From contig NC_091477.1 of NCBI RefSeq assembly GCF_036971445.1, positions 81,840,001 through 81,904,000 of the forward strand: a DNA stretch of 64,000 nt. Direction: 5' to 3'. Every line of letters starts with the position of its first letter. Position 1 is the stretch's first letter. The notes beneath the pieces are model-generated. The model was not told the DNA's origin. It was given only the letters and a program-made list of their open reading frames with translations, and ran no database searches. This document shows positions 11,600-24,228 of this stretch, piece by piece. The stretch comes from Narcine bancroftii (taxonomy: Eukaryota). The translations under genes and the position numbers were made by a program.

Positions 11600-13460
11600 C
11601 AAGAATCTCCATTGCCAGTGTATACTCCGTGGAAACCCAAGAAATGTTGTTAACTGCCCATCATGGTCCTGATCAAAATAGAGGCCCAATAGGTTTTGTT
11701 AACTACATTAGATCAACTCAAAACATATACAGAACCCAACTGCAGGGTTTATTCTATTTATGCCATGCCATATTAAATCCAAAAGAAAATGTAAAGTGGA
11801 AGGCGGCTAGGCGGGCACCAGATAATCCTATAGAAACCTTTGAGGAGCTCACACAGTACAGGCTGCAACCAGCTGAACACATAGAAACAATACTCACAGC
11901 ACTAACAGACCCAATCAGATCATGATTGCTTCCAATGTAACCACATTTTAACTTCAGCAAGACAAGATTTAAAGAACAGACCAAATGATGAGAAGACAAC
12001 ATGGTTTGTTAATGGAGCAGCTTTTGCTGATGAGACAGGATGCCACCGTTCAGGTCACGCTATTGTTCAGAACACAATTGATATCATAGAGGCCGCAGCT
12101 TTCCATCATCCTATCTCGGCGCAGCAATCTGAATTGTTTGCGCTTACACGAGCCTGCCTTAAGGGAACAGGGATAACACTTAACATTTATGAGGCACATG
12201 ATTTTGGAGGCCTATGGCAACTTGGGGCTTTTTAACATCTTCAGGAACACCTACCAAGAATGCAACTTTTGTGGTTAACTTACTGACATCCCTTTCTCTA
12301 CCCACACAGCTTGCTATTACTAAATGTGATGCCCACACCAAAGCTCAGGACTCTATTTCCCTTGGGTATGCTTATGCAGATTCAACTGCAAAAGCTGCTG
12401 TTATGAACAGTCCCCTCACTGTTATTCCAGAAAGCAATCTAATGCTAAATAGAACAGTCTTGCCTGATATTGAAGAAGTATTAAGGCTTCAGGGGGACGC
12501 CCCTGATAAATTAAAAAAAAACATGGAAATAAAGGATCAGGAAACTCATTTATGAACTACCTCCCGTTGGACAAATTTGTATACCAGATGTATTTTTACC
12601 TATGTTGCTTAATTATATTCATACTATGACACATCTTGGAAAGGAAGGAATGGTGAAAGTTGCACTACGGACGTGTTAGCATCCTAATTTAAATGCTACA
12701 GCAAAAAAGAGGGCGTCTGAATGTATCATCTGTCAGAAAAGCTGTTGCATGTATGCCAGGAAGGATTCAATTACAATTGAATGTATACAGATGGATTTCA
12801 TTGAATTGCCTAGAGTACAAGTCTCTAAGTATTGCCTGATGATACTGAATTTGTTCAGTCAATGGATAGGGGCTATACCCACTCACAATGCCACAACTAA
12901 AACAGCAGTTGGAATTGTTTTGTGAGAGATAATACCAAGGTTTGGGTTGCCTACCATTATTACCTCTGATAATGGCCTGTGGTGGCCCACCGCCTTGGCG
13001 ATCGAGCCGGCACTCTGGGCGGCAAGTGCAACCAAAGGCCAGTGGCCCCAAAATGGCGCTGGCCTTGCTGTGCGGCCAACAGACAAGGACACCACGTGGG
13101 GAAGAAGAAGGGCATTGTTATGCAGTAAAGTACCCACGCACAGGAAACCTGCTCTTGTTATACCTGTTGTGATGTCAGTCAAGGGGGGCCATGGCAGGAA
13201 CAGTGTAAGTATAAAAGTCGGGCCTGAGCTTTAATAAAACTCAGAGCTTAACCCGACTATACTATGTGCATGTGTGTCTTCTTTCAAGTAGCGCATGGCA
13301 ACAGGTCCACATTTTACTGATAAGGTAAATGAAGAGTTATGTAAATGTTTCAGAATTAAACAGCACCAGGAATGATGGAGAGAGCAAATGGTACATTAAA
13401 AAAGAAACTTGCTAATTTAGTAGAGGAGACCAGATTAAATAAGCTAAAGGTCCTGGCTTT
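11600..13460 (+). mobile_element. Endogenous retrovirus remnant (class I, gamma/epsilon-like): possible gag fragment, RNase H, integrase
   Basis: RNase H: WFVNGAAF, SAQQSELFALTRAC, KCDAHT, YADSTAKAA. Integrase: HTMTH...CIIC zinc finger, MDFIELP, IIPRFGLPTIITSDNG/PHF, ERANGTLKKKL. Many stops and frameshifts. Confidence 0.85.
12978..13303 (+). mobile_element. Solo LTR inserted in the ERV integrase
   Basis: TGTGG...CAACA termini, TATAAAA near 13210, AATAAA near 13233, and a 4-bp TSD GGCC/GGTC. Removing it restores SDNGPHF. Confidence 0.85.
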
Positions 13461-13469
13461 TTGCTCTTT

Positions 13470-14347
13470 TCAAAACGTGCTGCCCATAGCACGTTTGCTC
13501 AGGCGCCACCCTCCTGGGGTTGTCAAAGTCTTCCTCCACAATGAGCAGCCGGATCTCTTCAGACAGCTGCTCCAGGAAAATTTGATGGAACAGTGGGAAA
13601 AAGGTGTGGCCATCATTGAGTGACCATGTGGCACATGAGGGTGGAAGGGGCCCTGTCCCCAAAACCATTATTGTGCAGCAGTTGGGCCACGCACCCACAC
13701 TTCGAGATCCTGAAAATAGCTCCTTGATGGCCACATACTTCCCTTGCTCCGGAGGCTGTTGGATGAAGTCGATGATGCAGGCTAAAGTGTGTTGATTGAG
13801 GGTGCTGACCACATGGTAGTAGTGCATGTCATCTGCGGAGATCTGGCAAATGGCGAACTGTGCCTTGGCCTGCTGGAACCACACCTATGGTTGTAAAGTC
13901 CAGAAGCCCAGTAGCTTCAGTGCTATGGCATTGCTTGTAGGCTGTTCCTCCATCATTGGTTCAAAACGCTGTTTGGACCAGTCAGGGTCACCACTGTAGT
14001 GGGTTTGCTACAATTATAGCTGAGGTATAATGGGTTGAAAGAAGACTCACACACCAGGAGAGTGTAATCAACACTGGCTTTATTGGGCTGCAACTCTCCC
14101 TTTTATAGGCAGCTGGCCGCGTCACCACCAGGGAGTGGCTTGAGCGGGGCTGGCTACTGATTGGCTGTCCCAGATATGCAACCCCGTATTGGATCCCCTG
14201 TGATCCGCTGGTGGTGATCGGTCGATTTAACCACTATTCCTGCAGTCTACGGGAGAGAGCACCTCATCACGTGTGCTGTCTACCCGATCGTCATGTTTGA
14301 TGGCTGTTTGCTGTGTCGGCCCGTTGAGCAGGTTGCCAGCTGCTACA
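13470..14347 (-). mobile_element. Truncated CsRn1-like Gypsy element (LTR 13995-14347, PBS, gag N-terminus)
   Basis: LTR TGTAG...CTACA and PBS TGGTGACCCTGAC. Gag reads WFQQAKAQFAICQI...YYHVVSTL...LFHQIFLEQL, homologous to the element at 650-1129. Confidence 0.85.
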
Positions 14348-14388
14348 TTGTAATTTTTTAAACTTAATCATTACTGTTTTATTTAAAC

Positions 14389-14761
14389 CAATGGTTCTCA
14401 ACTTTTATCTTTCCACTGACATTCACCTTAAGCAATCCCTAAGCCATTGGTGCTCTGTGATTAGTAAGGGATTGTTTAAGGTGGTATGTGAGTGGGAAGG
14501 GAAGGTTGAGAATCACTGCTCTACACCCAATTGTTACTGAAATATTTTGCTTGAGAAAAATTGTCATTGGCCCATTTCCTTTGGAGTTATGAAACCGTGC
14601 ACATAATGAGTCAATAAGGTACGATTAAAACAGTGATTTTTGAACTTTTTCTTCCCTCCCACATACCACCTAAAGCAATCCCTTACTAATCACAGAGCCC
14701 TATGGCACAGGGATTACTTAAAGTGATATGTGAGTGGAAAGAAAAAGGTTGAGAACCACTG
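14389..14761 (+). mobile_element. Composite hAT-type MITE, complete copy
   Basis: Terminal inverted repeats (TIRs) CAATGGTTCTCAAC / GTTGAGAACCACTG and a perfect 8-bp TSD ATTTAAAC (14381-14388 and 14762-14769). Confidence 0.9.
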
Positions 14762-15189
14762 ATTTAAACATTTATTAATAATATGTAAGGAAAACAAAAA
14801 CAAAATATTCAAAAAAAAATTATTATACGTTCTGGTAATTCTTTGTCTGTTCTCCAAGGGTCGCAGGGATTCCACATCATGATTACATTTTTTTCTCTTC
14901 ATTTAAAAAAAAGGTAACCTTGATTAGAAGGAGGGGATAGATTAGATTAATCTATTAGTGTTTTTTTCTTTTTTATCTTTATTATTTTATGGGTATGAAT
15001 GTTGCATGCATTATGTTTATTATTAGATTATTATAAGTAACTGTTAATGCAGTTATGCATATTTTCTGATTTACCCAGTTTTACCCAATTGATTCATTAT
15101 GTAATCATCATTTATTATATATGCTTATGTTAAGTGCAATTAAATATTTTAAAAAGAAAGAAAATAATTCTCCTAATATCTTTTGACTT

Positions 15190-15670
15190 TATAGAACAGA
15201 GAACATTACAGCACAGTACAGACCCTTTGGCCCTCGATTTTGTGCTGACCCATATATTCCTTAAAAATATATACTTAACCCTCCCTACCTCGTAACACTC
15301 TATTTCTGTTCCATCTATGTGCCTATCTAAAAGTCCCTTAAATGCCCCTAATGTTTTAGCTTCCACCACTATCCTTGGCAAGGCATTCCATGCACTCACA
15401 GCACTCTTTTTAAAAAAAAAACCTTACCCCTGATGTATCCCCTAAACTTCCTTCCCTTCACTTTGTACATATGTCCTCTGGTGTTTGCTATTCCTGCCTT
15501 GGGGGAAAAAGGCACTGGCTGTCCACCCTATCTATGCCTTTCATAATCTTGTCAACCTCTATTAAGTCCCCTCATATCCTTCTACGCTCCAAAGAGAAAA
15601 GTCCCAGCTCTGCTAACCTTGCCTCACAAGACTTATTTTCCAATTCAGGCAACTTCTTGGTAAATCTCCT
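15190..15670 (-). mobile_element. CR1 LINE 3' end
   Basis: WNALPRIVVEAKTLGAFKGLLDRH C-terminal motif and a (TTCTA)-type tail. Confidence 0.85.
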
Positions 15671-16679
15671 GGCTGATCTGAATGATGGTATTGGACCATA
15701 TAAATGAGTAAAATGTTGTGAAAATCATGTATTACCTTCAAACATGGTACAAATAATTGATGGAGAAGCCCACAAATCAAGGCCATTGCCTTAACATTGC
15801 AAGGTTTGGCCCAACATCTTGAGGCTACATCCTATGAAGAGATTCACAGACTCCTATACGTACTTGAAGACATGCTGCCTCGGGGAACTACAATTTGGGA
15901 GGAAAAGCTATGGGACAGCAGATCTGCTTCTGTTTCAGAACATATCTGAGGGAGAACAAACAACTGTTGTTTTTGAAAGGCAATTAATATCATTATCAGT
16001 TTTTTTAATATTTTGTTTGAAAATCACTAATATGCCACCTCAACTACTGTGTTATTTCTCTGAGGCTAGAATTATCTGCATCCGTTTATTACATCCTCAC
16101 TTCATTTGGTCAGTAAGTCAAAACACTTTTCTTACTATGTGGGCTGATTTAATAGCCACAGAATAATAAGACCAATCCTGCTTGCATGAGGTAATAGAAA
16201 ACCAAGAAACTAGCACCTATGCTAAAAGATCTATATTTTTACCCACTTCCTGTCAAACAACCGGAGAGCCTTATATTTTAAATATATTCATCATCCCACG
16301 CATTTTCCATTGAGCTGCTGATATGGTAAAGGTATTTCATAAATTGGCACCCAATGGTGTGTGTGGAAACCTTAGAGAATCTTTTGTTTTACATCCTTCA
16401 AAAGGGTAAATCTGTTTCCTTTGTAGGTCAATTAGGAATTTGTTTCTTTTGTCAGAGTTCATGCACATCCGTAATTAATTCATGGTGTTTTAATGTATTC
16501 CTTACATTAAACTTTGGATATGTCTGTTTAAAATACAAAATGTAGAATGTCAACAGTCATGTATGGAATCTCCTATTTACAGAAACAGATGCTTCAGTTT
16601 ATAGAGAAAATGATCAAGGTGTTGGTCATGACACAAGTGTGATGGAGGAGGAGGCAAGCAATAAGGGGGAGCTGGAAGA

Positions 16680-18320
16680 ATAATAGTAGGTGATTTCAAC
16701 TTCCACCATGTTGACTGAGACTGCCTTTGTGCAAAGGGTTTGGCAGGGGCAGATTTTCTTGCCTTGTCCTGTAAAGTTTTTAATATATATATTACTAGAG
16801 AGGATGCAACACTGGGTGTCCTACTGGGAAATGAGGCAAGTCAGGTGACTGAAGAGTCAGTGGGGTATGATCTGTGAACATTGACAATAGTCCTATCAGT
16901 TTTAAAATAGTTGTGTAAAAATATAAGACTGGTCCATAAGTTATAAAGTCCTATATTAGGGAAAGGCTAATTTTAAAGGCATTAGATAGGAACTTGTAAA
17001 GTTTGAATGGGTGAAGTAATTTGCTGGTAAAGGGACATCTGGCAAGTGGGAGAATTTTAAAAGTGAGAAAGAGAGCATCATGCTTCTGGTAGAGTGAAGG
17101 GAAAGGCTGTTAGGATTAGGGAACACATATTGACAAGGAATATTGAGAGTTTGATCAGGAAAAAGGTGTACGTCAGGTAGTTTGGATCAAACAAATCCCT
17201 TGAGGAGTATAAAAGATGTAGGAGTATATTTATGAAGTGTGACAGAATATTTAGAGGTGGTTTGAGAGGAATTGTTAGAGCAGGTTGCACACAAACATTT
17301 TAAAACACAGAATTTTTGCAGCACTTTTGCAGAGTACTATTTTGCAGAAAACAACAAAGTAGGAACATACAGCAGCGTGCCTGGGAGAGCATGTGATCTT
17401 TGCAGGCAGAGGAGAACAGCTTTGCTCTCAGCGAGGGAAGGAGCTGAGAGAGAAGGAAAGACAGAGAAATTGGTTCGAGAGGGACAAGCTGGCAAACTTT
17501 GGAAGACTGCCTGGTCAAAGGAGAAGAATAGTTGTCCGAAAGGTGACCTGAAAGAAAGAGGATCATCTGGAGAACCCTGAAGGGGGCAAGTTTTGTCAGA
17601 GAGACTGATTTGAAAGGAATCAGGTGCGGTTGTCCTGGAACAAAAGGAATCTCTCTCAGAAAACCAACCAGAACCCTCCTGAGTGGTAACCATTTGCCTG
17701 TTAAGCACCAAAGCCTAGTGAACTTTATTAATGCTAATCTCTGTGCCCAGTACAAGAATTGACTGCAACCAGTGAGATTGGACTGTGATCCAAATAACTT
17801 TTCTAAGCCTATATTCACCTGCACTTAGTATTAGAGGGGGGATTAAGTAGGTTAAGTAAGTTGAGAGTAATAAGTTAAAGTTTAATTCTGTTTTCTTGTT
17901 CAAATATAATTAAAAATGACTTTGGTTTAAGTACCCATTTGTGTTGTGGTGCATAACTATGGCTGCTGGTTTTTGGGGTCCTCTGGACTCCATAACAGAA
18001 GGAAATCATGAGGTCCAAAGGAGGAATTGAGATAGTTCTGGCAGATAAGGTAAAGGACAATCCTAAAAATTCAAAAGTATATTCAGAGCAGAGGTTACAA
18101 GAAAGAGGATAGGTTCCATTATGGATCATTGTGGTCATCCATGGCACAGGAAGTGGCCAATACCTTAAATGAATACTTCTTGTCTGTATTTACTGTGGAG
18201 AAGGTTATGGGAGCTAAGAAGCAAGAGAGATAAATAGTGATGTCTTGAAACATGTTCACATTATAAATGATGAGGTGTTGGTAGTTTTAAGGTGGTGGAT
18301 AGATCTTGGGATCTAACTTA
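16680..18320 (+). mobile_element. CR1 ORF2 remnant interrupted by a solo LTR
   Basis: IVGDFNF endonuclease motif near 16685 and a LNEYFLSVFT-like motif near 18165. Confidence 0.7.
17238..17997 (+). mobile_element. Solo LTR (760 bp)
   Basis: TGTGAC...ATAACA termini and a perfect 4-bp TSD GAAG (17234-17237 and 17998-18001). CR1 sequence resumes across it. The strand is tentative. Confidence 0.8.
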
Positions 18321-19254
18321 GTTTCCTAGGATAATGCATAGAAAACATTGAGTTCATTCAGAAGAGATGTATTGCAGTTAACATTTCTGCCTTGTTTTGC
18401 CTTTTAGGATATAATGGAATGCAAGTCCTACCACTTTTGTCTGAAACTCCAGAATTGTCTCTTTGAGTTGATGATGGGCATCCTGTTCTTTCTGTATGTT
18501 TCTGAAACTCTAGTCCTAAATACCACAGATCTGTTCTTCAACAGATCTTTTAATTTATCCATCCATGCCTTCTGATTAGGGACACACCTGGATAGTCTTG
18601 GTGAGAACACATTCATCCACACATTTCTGATAAAGTCAGTGACCAATGTGGAATATTGCTAATTTTACACAGCTTTAGATGCACTGTCAAAATAATGTAC
18701 ATTGATCAGTGGATGTAATAATCTAACTTTTCATTAAAGGTAGTCTGATTTTTCATTAAATCTACTTGACTTTTTTCAGTGATGCCTGGCAATTAATTCT
18801 GGACCTTTCCTTTTCATAAATACAATGGCTAATTATAATTCAGTAAGATTCTCCAGTCAGTGAGATAAAGGTCGACCCTTTTCCTGTATGGAAATGATTA
18901 CTTTGTTCCTTGGTTACCATAATGTTGATGCATTATTCTGGTGTGGTCTGAAGTGAGCAGTGTCTGGTCGAAATTGCTGCTGTGATGTATTATGATTTGG
19001 GAAATTGTGCAGAGGAGCACAACCTTAATCCAAAAAATAATTAAATTAAGTTGATAGAGAAAAGGTTAACTGGTTTATTAAAGATAGGCCATGGTTGGAT
19101 GACAAAAAAGTACAGTGATCAATTATTGAAATGTATTCTCCCAGGAGTATGCAGGAAATGAGCATGTGCATTCATTTTCTGCAAAAGAATTAGATGTAAA
19201 GGTTCTTATGAGTAAAGTTGCATGGAACTGTAAAAATGCTTTTAATTTAATTTT

Positions 19255-19440
19255 AATTTAGACATGCAGCACGGTAACATTTTGGTTCACATGCCCGTGC
19301 CCCCCAATTTCACCCAATTGATTTACAACCCCCAGTGTGTTTTGGAGGGTAGGAGGAAACTGGATCCCTCGGGAAAATCTACACAGACACAGGGAGTGTG
19401 TACAAACTCCTTACAGACAGCATGGCATTCAAACCCTGTC
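19255..19440 (-). mobile_element. V-SINE/HE1-like SINE
   Basis: GGAGGAAAC...GAAAA..CAC..AGACACAGGGAG..TGTACAAACTCC core; same family as 56428-56670. Confidence 0.7.
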
Positions 19441-20440
19441 ACGTTCTTTGTCAAGTAGACAAGGATGTCCCTTATCTCCAGCTTTGTTTATTTTAGCCAA
19501 AGAACCACTTACAGAAGCAACTTGGAGTGATATGGAAATTAATGGATTTAGGTTTGGTCAAGATGAGCACAAAATGAGTTCATTTGCAAATAATATTTTA
19601 ATATATTTGACTGAGTCTGAGGCTTCTTTACAAAAGCTATATGTTAAATTGGATGAATATGGAAAAAATTTGGGTTGTAAAATAAATTGGTTATAAATAA
19701 TTATAAAAATATTGTTATGGAAAGGGGTCAATTCATGTTATTTGAACAATTAATTAATAAATATGGAATAACACAAAATATTCTTTTTTGTTATTTTCAA
19801 TTGAGAATATATTTGAGGGACAAGCTAGGACCAACCACATTGTTACTTGGTTGTAGTGAAGTCGAAATTCTTATCAGGAGAGAAATTGTTAAGAAGTTTA
19901 CTTCTACAATATTCTTTATTACAAATAGCAACCCCTAATCGTGGAGTTCATTAAATAAAGACAGAAGTGGGAACTAGATTTGAATATTGAAATTGTTGAA
20001 CAAAGATGGGCAGATCTTCACAGAGATTGTATGACTAACACTATTAATGTAAGGCATAGATTAGTTCAGTACTTTCTTTTACATCAGTTATATCTTACAC
20101 CACAAAAATTGAATAGATTAAAATCAGATTTATCAGATCAAAGTTTTAGGGTGTGATGGGGATGTAGGATTTTTGCATTCAACTTGGTTTGTTCCAAGGT
20201 AAGACCTTTTGGGTGGATTTAGGGAAGTTTTTGGAACAAGTTAAAGGTGTTGTACTTCCACAAAATCCAGATTTATTTTTATTAGGAAATATTGAAAGAA
20301 CAAGACCTAAATTAAAAGTGTCAATATATGTTTTTTTTTTTGGGGGGGGTGATAGTTTCTAGTTCTTTTTTCAATTTGCATAATTATATCAATATTTGAC
20401 TACTACATGTATGGAGAACATTTTAAATAAAATCTTCAAA
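19440..20440 (+). mobile_element. L1-like LINE remnant, internally deleted
   Basis: SRQGCPLSPALFILAKEPL, a degenerate ADD motif (SFANNILIYL) and an AT-rich 3' end. Confidence 0.75.
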
Positions 20441-21639
20441 AAATGTCCTTGAATTTATGTAGCTTCAAGTACATGCTCAAGATATTAAAAAATATTCAGT
20501 TAGTCATTTACTTTTGCATTTTCATTTTACACACATTCTTAAATTTATCTGAGCATCATGAAATCTAACAATTGTTGAAATACATGACTAATTGATTTAG
20601 CTATCATTATTTGGAAAAGAATCTTATGAAGTCACTCAAACGCTTTCAGTGAATCAGATGAGAGAACAAAGATATTTCTTACAAACACATCACCAGATAT
20701 GATTTCAAGCAGCAACATTTTAGGATGGCAAATATTGTGCTAACATTTATTGGAATAGGGTTTGGGTACAAAGGTAGAGAAGAAAACACAAAGGAGTTGG
20801 GTGAGACAGCTGCGGCAATAACGTTTACAGGTTTGATCTCATTAACTAAGGAAAGATAGACTTGCAGTTGGGGGAATCCAGTAAAGATTCACTGATTGAT
20901 TCCTGGGATGGTGGATTTGTTCTATGAAGAGGGATTAAGCAGACAAGGCCAATACTCTCAAATGTAGAAGAAAGAGATGTGATATGATTGTTCCATGGCA
21001 ATGAGATGTGAGGATGATATTTCCCCTGGCTGGGGAATCATTGATCACAGTCTCAAAATAGAAGATAGGTGTTCCAGTTCTTGAATCATAAAAAAGTAGC
21101 AGGCAGGTACAACATGTATTTAAGAAGGCAAAAAGCATTTTGGCCTTCTTGCAAAAGGATTCGAGTTTAGAAAAAGGGAGTTTTTAATGCAATTCAACAG
21201 GGTGTTGGAGATGGATGTTTCCTCACGTCACAACATCTTCTAACAGTTTCAACTTGAGCTATTTTGTTACTTCGGTTAATTTTGGTCATCTTGTCTTTGA
21301 ACATGACAACTAATGCAATAGTTTGGTCTTGTTTTCTGTGTCTGTATATGCCTCAAATGAAATGACAATCATGTTGTTATGCTTTCTTGTTCCATGAGAT
21401 ATGAACACAAGTATTACAGCAGTACTGTATTACATTTTGGCCCATCATCCTCATATGGAAATATTTTCCAAGTTTCTTCCTTTGTCCATTAACTGCCCAC
21501 AAACTTACCACAACAAATATATGTCAGACTTTATTTTACCTTGTTTTCATTCTTTTTACTTTTTTATGTCTGTAATTGTGATGTCATTGAATGCACCCAT
21601 TCTAATTCATCTGCAATGATCTTTATTTCTTCTTTTTCA

Positions 21640-22540
21640 ATATTTTAATGATTTTATCAAATAAATGTTCCATTGGTACATAACAATAAAATAAAGTATT
21701 AACAACTCTTGTATAGCAATACAAATTGTACTGAAATCTATGTTGCATTAAAAAGAAAGATAAAAATAAAAATATTATATTATCTAATTCAATCCTCTCC
21801 CTTCAGAGGCTACTAACACAAACTGTCCACTACTAATAATAAGAAAAGGAAGTTAAACATTGAGTTCAAAAACTAAAAATAAGTTAATCTTACAAATTTT
21901 GAAAATAATTGAGAAAATAACCCAATAAAGAAACAAAGTCAAGGTTCATTTCAGTCATGGAACATCTAATTTTTTTCCAAAGTCAGACATGTCATTGTAT
22001 CAGACAACCATGAGTGGGAGGGACCACATCTTTCTATCTCATTAAAATGGCCCTTCTTGTGATAAGGGAGGCAAGGGCAACTACATGGGATTGTGAAGCA
22101 GCCAGAATTAAACCACTTATTCCAATAAAAGGATTTAGAGTCAAATAAATATTAAGAACTAGAGACAAGATACGAAATACACCTTTCCAAAAGTTGGAAA
22201 GAAGAACATATCCAAAACATATGGCTCAATGTACCTTCTTCAGTTATATATTTATCCCATTTGGAAGAGATTAGAATAAAATTTAGCCAATTGAACTTTG
22301 GAATAGTGGGCTTGGTGTACTAGCTTAAATTGTAATAATGAATGTCTAGCACAAAGAGAGGATGAATGCACTCATTTCAGAATAAAATTCCATGTAGTTT
22401 CAGAAAATGGCTGTTGAAAATCTTGTTCCCATAATTTTTAAATTCTGTCAGGGGAACTATCCCTAGAATTTAAAAGTAATTCATAAAGACCTTTATAATT
22501 AGGTTGAAAATTATAAGTATGAATCCATTCAAATACATGG
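21640..22540 (-). mobile_element. L1-like LINE 3' region
   Basis: Homologous to 38770-39380, with a T-rich tail on the + strand. Confidence 0.7.
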
Positions 22541-22721
22541 GAACACATTGCAAGGAAAATCAAAATGTTAGTTTTATTTCTTCCTATTTTTGTAGTATTT
22601 AACTCAGGAGGGCGCTATTTGTCCTGAAACTCACAGGGACATAGTAAAAGAAACAAGTTGGAGACATGACGTTTATTTCTCTTTATTTAGACTGAGCCAA
22701 TTTAAACATTTTGTCCCACAG

Positions 22722-22807
22722 GTACTGGGAACACATTCTAGTTTTGAAGCTTAATTTAAAGGTTAAAGTTTTTCTATTCCGTGATCACCTCAATCCTGAT
22801 CAAAAAT
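22722..22807 (+). other. OTOS: Probable non-coding upstream exon of OTOS (5' boundary uncertain)
   Basis: Strong donor GTAAGT at 22808 and an acceptor T-tract/ACAG ending at 22980, five bases before the ATG. CCAAT followed by TTTAAA lies near 22697-22706. Confidence 0.5.
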
Positions 22808-22985
22808 GTAAGTACTGAATATCTTTTTTGGGGGGAATCTTTAAATGCAAAGGCAAGTTAGAATCAGCAAATAATATGATCAAATTTAAAAATGCACAGA
22901 CTTTATAAAATATTTAATTTGAGACCAATGCTAAATATATGGTTAGATGCTGGAAATGACTTAAAACTTTTTTTTTACAGTCAAA

Positions 22986-23043
22986 ATGAAGTGGTTATTC
23001 TGTATTGGGCTTTTCCTATTTTTCACTTTGAGCATACTGACTG
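22986..23043 (+). CDS. OTOS: Otospiralin coding exon 1 (signal peptide MKWLFCIGLFLFFTLSILT)
   Basis: ATG in AAAATG context, a hydrophobic 19-aa stretch, and a phase-1 donor GTAGGT; 58 nt. Confidence 0.88.
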
Positions 23044-23298
23044 GTAGGTTCAGCAACATTTGTTTTGAACTAATTTTGTTTTAGTATTCCTACAAATGTG
23101 ACTTACATTATGAGTTTATATTTATAAAATTTATAGATTATTTTAATATTTTATATGAATTGTCAGTAAGATGGAAAAGTCTTGAAATGGTGTGTTGGCA
23201 TTTCTCAAGGGAAGCATTTTATTTCAGGGCTATGAAAAGCTCTTTTGTGAGTTGTCCATCTCAGCATGTTGATCATTTCTCCATATATTTATTTTCAG

Positions 23299-23325
23299 AT
23301 GCCAACGTGATCCGACAATCAGATG
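23299..23325 (+). CDS. OTOS: Otospiralin coding exon 2 (27-nt microexon, DANVIRQSD)
   Basis: Acceptor ATTTTCAG, donor GTAACA, phase 1-1; keeps the reading frame. Confidence 0.82.
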
Positions 23326-24228
23326 GTAACAAACCTTATTTGCCACGCTTGCAGTAAAAGACATCAGCACTGAGAAAATACATTTAATTTTATACCAGAA
23401 TATTCTTCCCATTTGTAATTTATGTTTACATTTCTAATAATTGTCAGTATGAAAATTAACTACAGAAATAAGTCTTTAAAATTGTTTTCATTTTTGAAGA
23501 GAAAATAGATCTAAATGTAAGGAGATAAGTATAGCCAAGAAGAAAATCTTAGATTTTTTGAATAAATGAGAAACAAATGAGTTCATCTTTAGAAAGAAAC
23601 TTCAAATATGTTATATTAGCAAGTCCAGCCGAGCAACTTTGCAGGAGACAAGCCATTATGGCCAACATTTTAATTAAAATGAGCTCTGTATTGTTTTTCG
23701 TTCCTTTGGTAAGACTTGCTCTCAAATACTTTTATGAAACCTAACAAAATCACACAATTAAATTCAGTCTTATTTCCTTGAGTCCTAATGTTTTGGTAAA
23801 AAATATTATTAGTTGGTGAAGACATATAATATTGCTTGGTTACTTTGTATCGGAATGAAAGGATAATCTATGTTAAGAAAGTAGCAGTAGGATTAATTAC
23901 CAATATACTATGTACATTGATGATTGGCACCTGTATATGATTTCATTATCAATAACATCTGTGTTATTAAAAATAATGAAGAGATATTTGTACCTGTAGT
24001 GTATCTACAATTTTTTTATTGGAATTAATATGATAATGACTGTATTAATCCACATCTGGTTTGGATTATTCTGCATCTTGTCAACAGGGATCAGTATTTA
24101 TAGATTACATTTTGCATTATTGCTTCTGTTGTGTATGGAAGATATTATAAAGTATCATTACTAACAACCACTACCATTATATTCTTTGTTCAGAAGTAGT
24201 CACTTGTGGATTTTCATTCCTTATTTAG

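Noticed and set aside
1223-14347. The LTRs at 1223 and 13995 as the two ends of one element
   Set aside because: Their sequences differ, and each has its own PBS and gag, so they are separate 5' LTRs.
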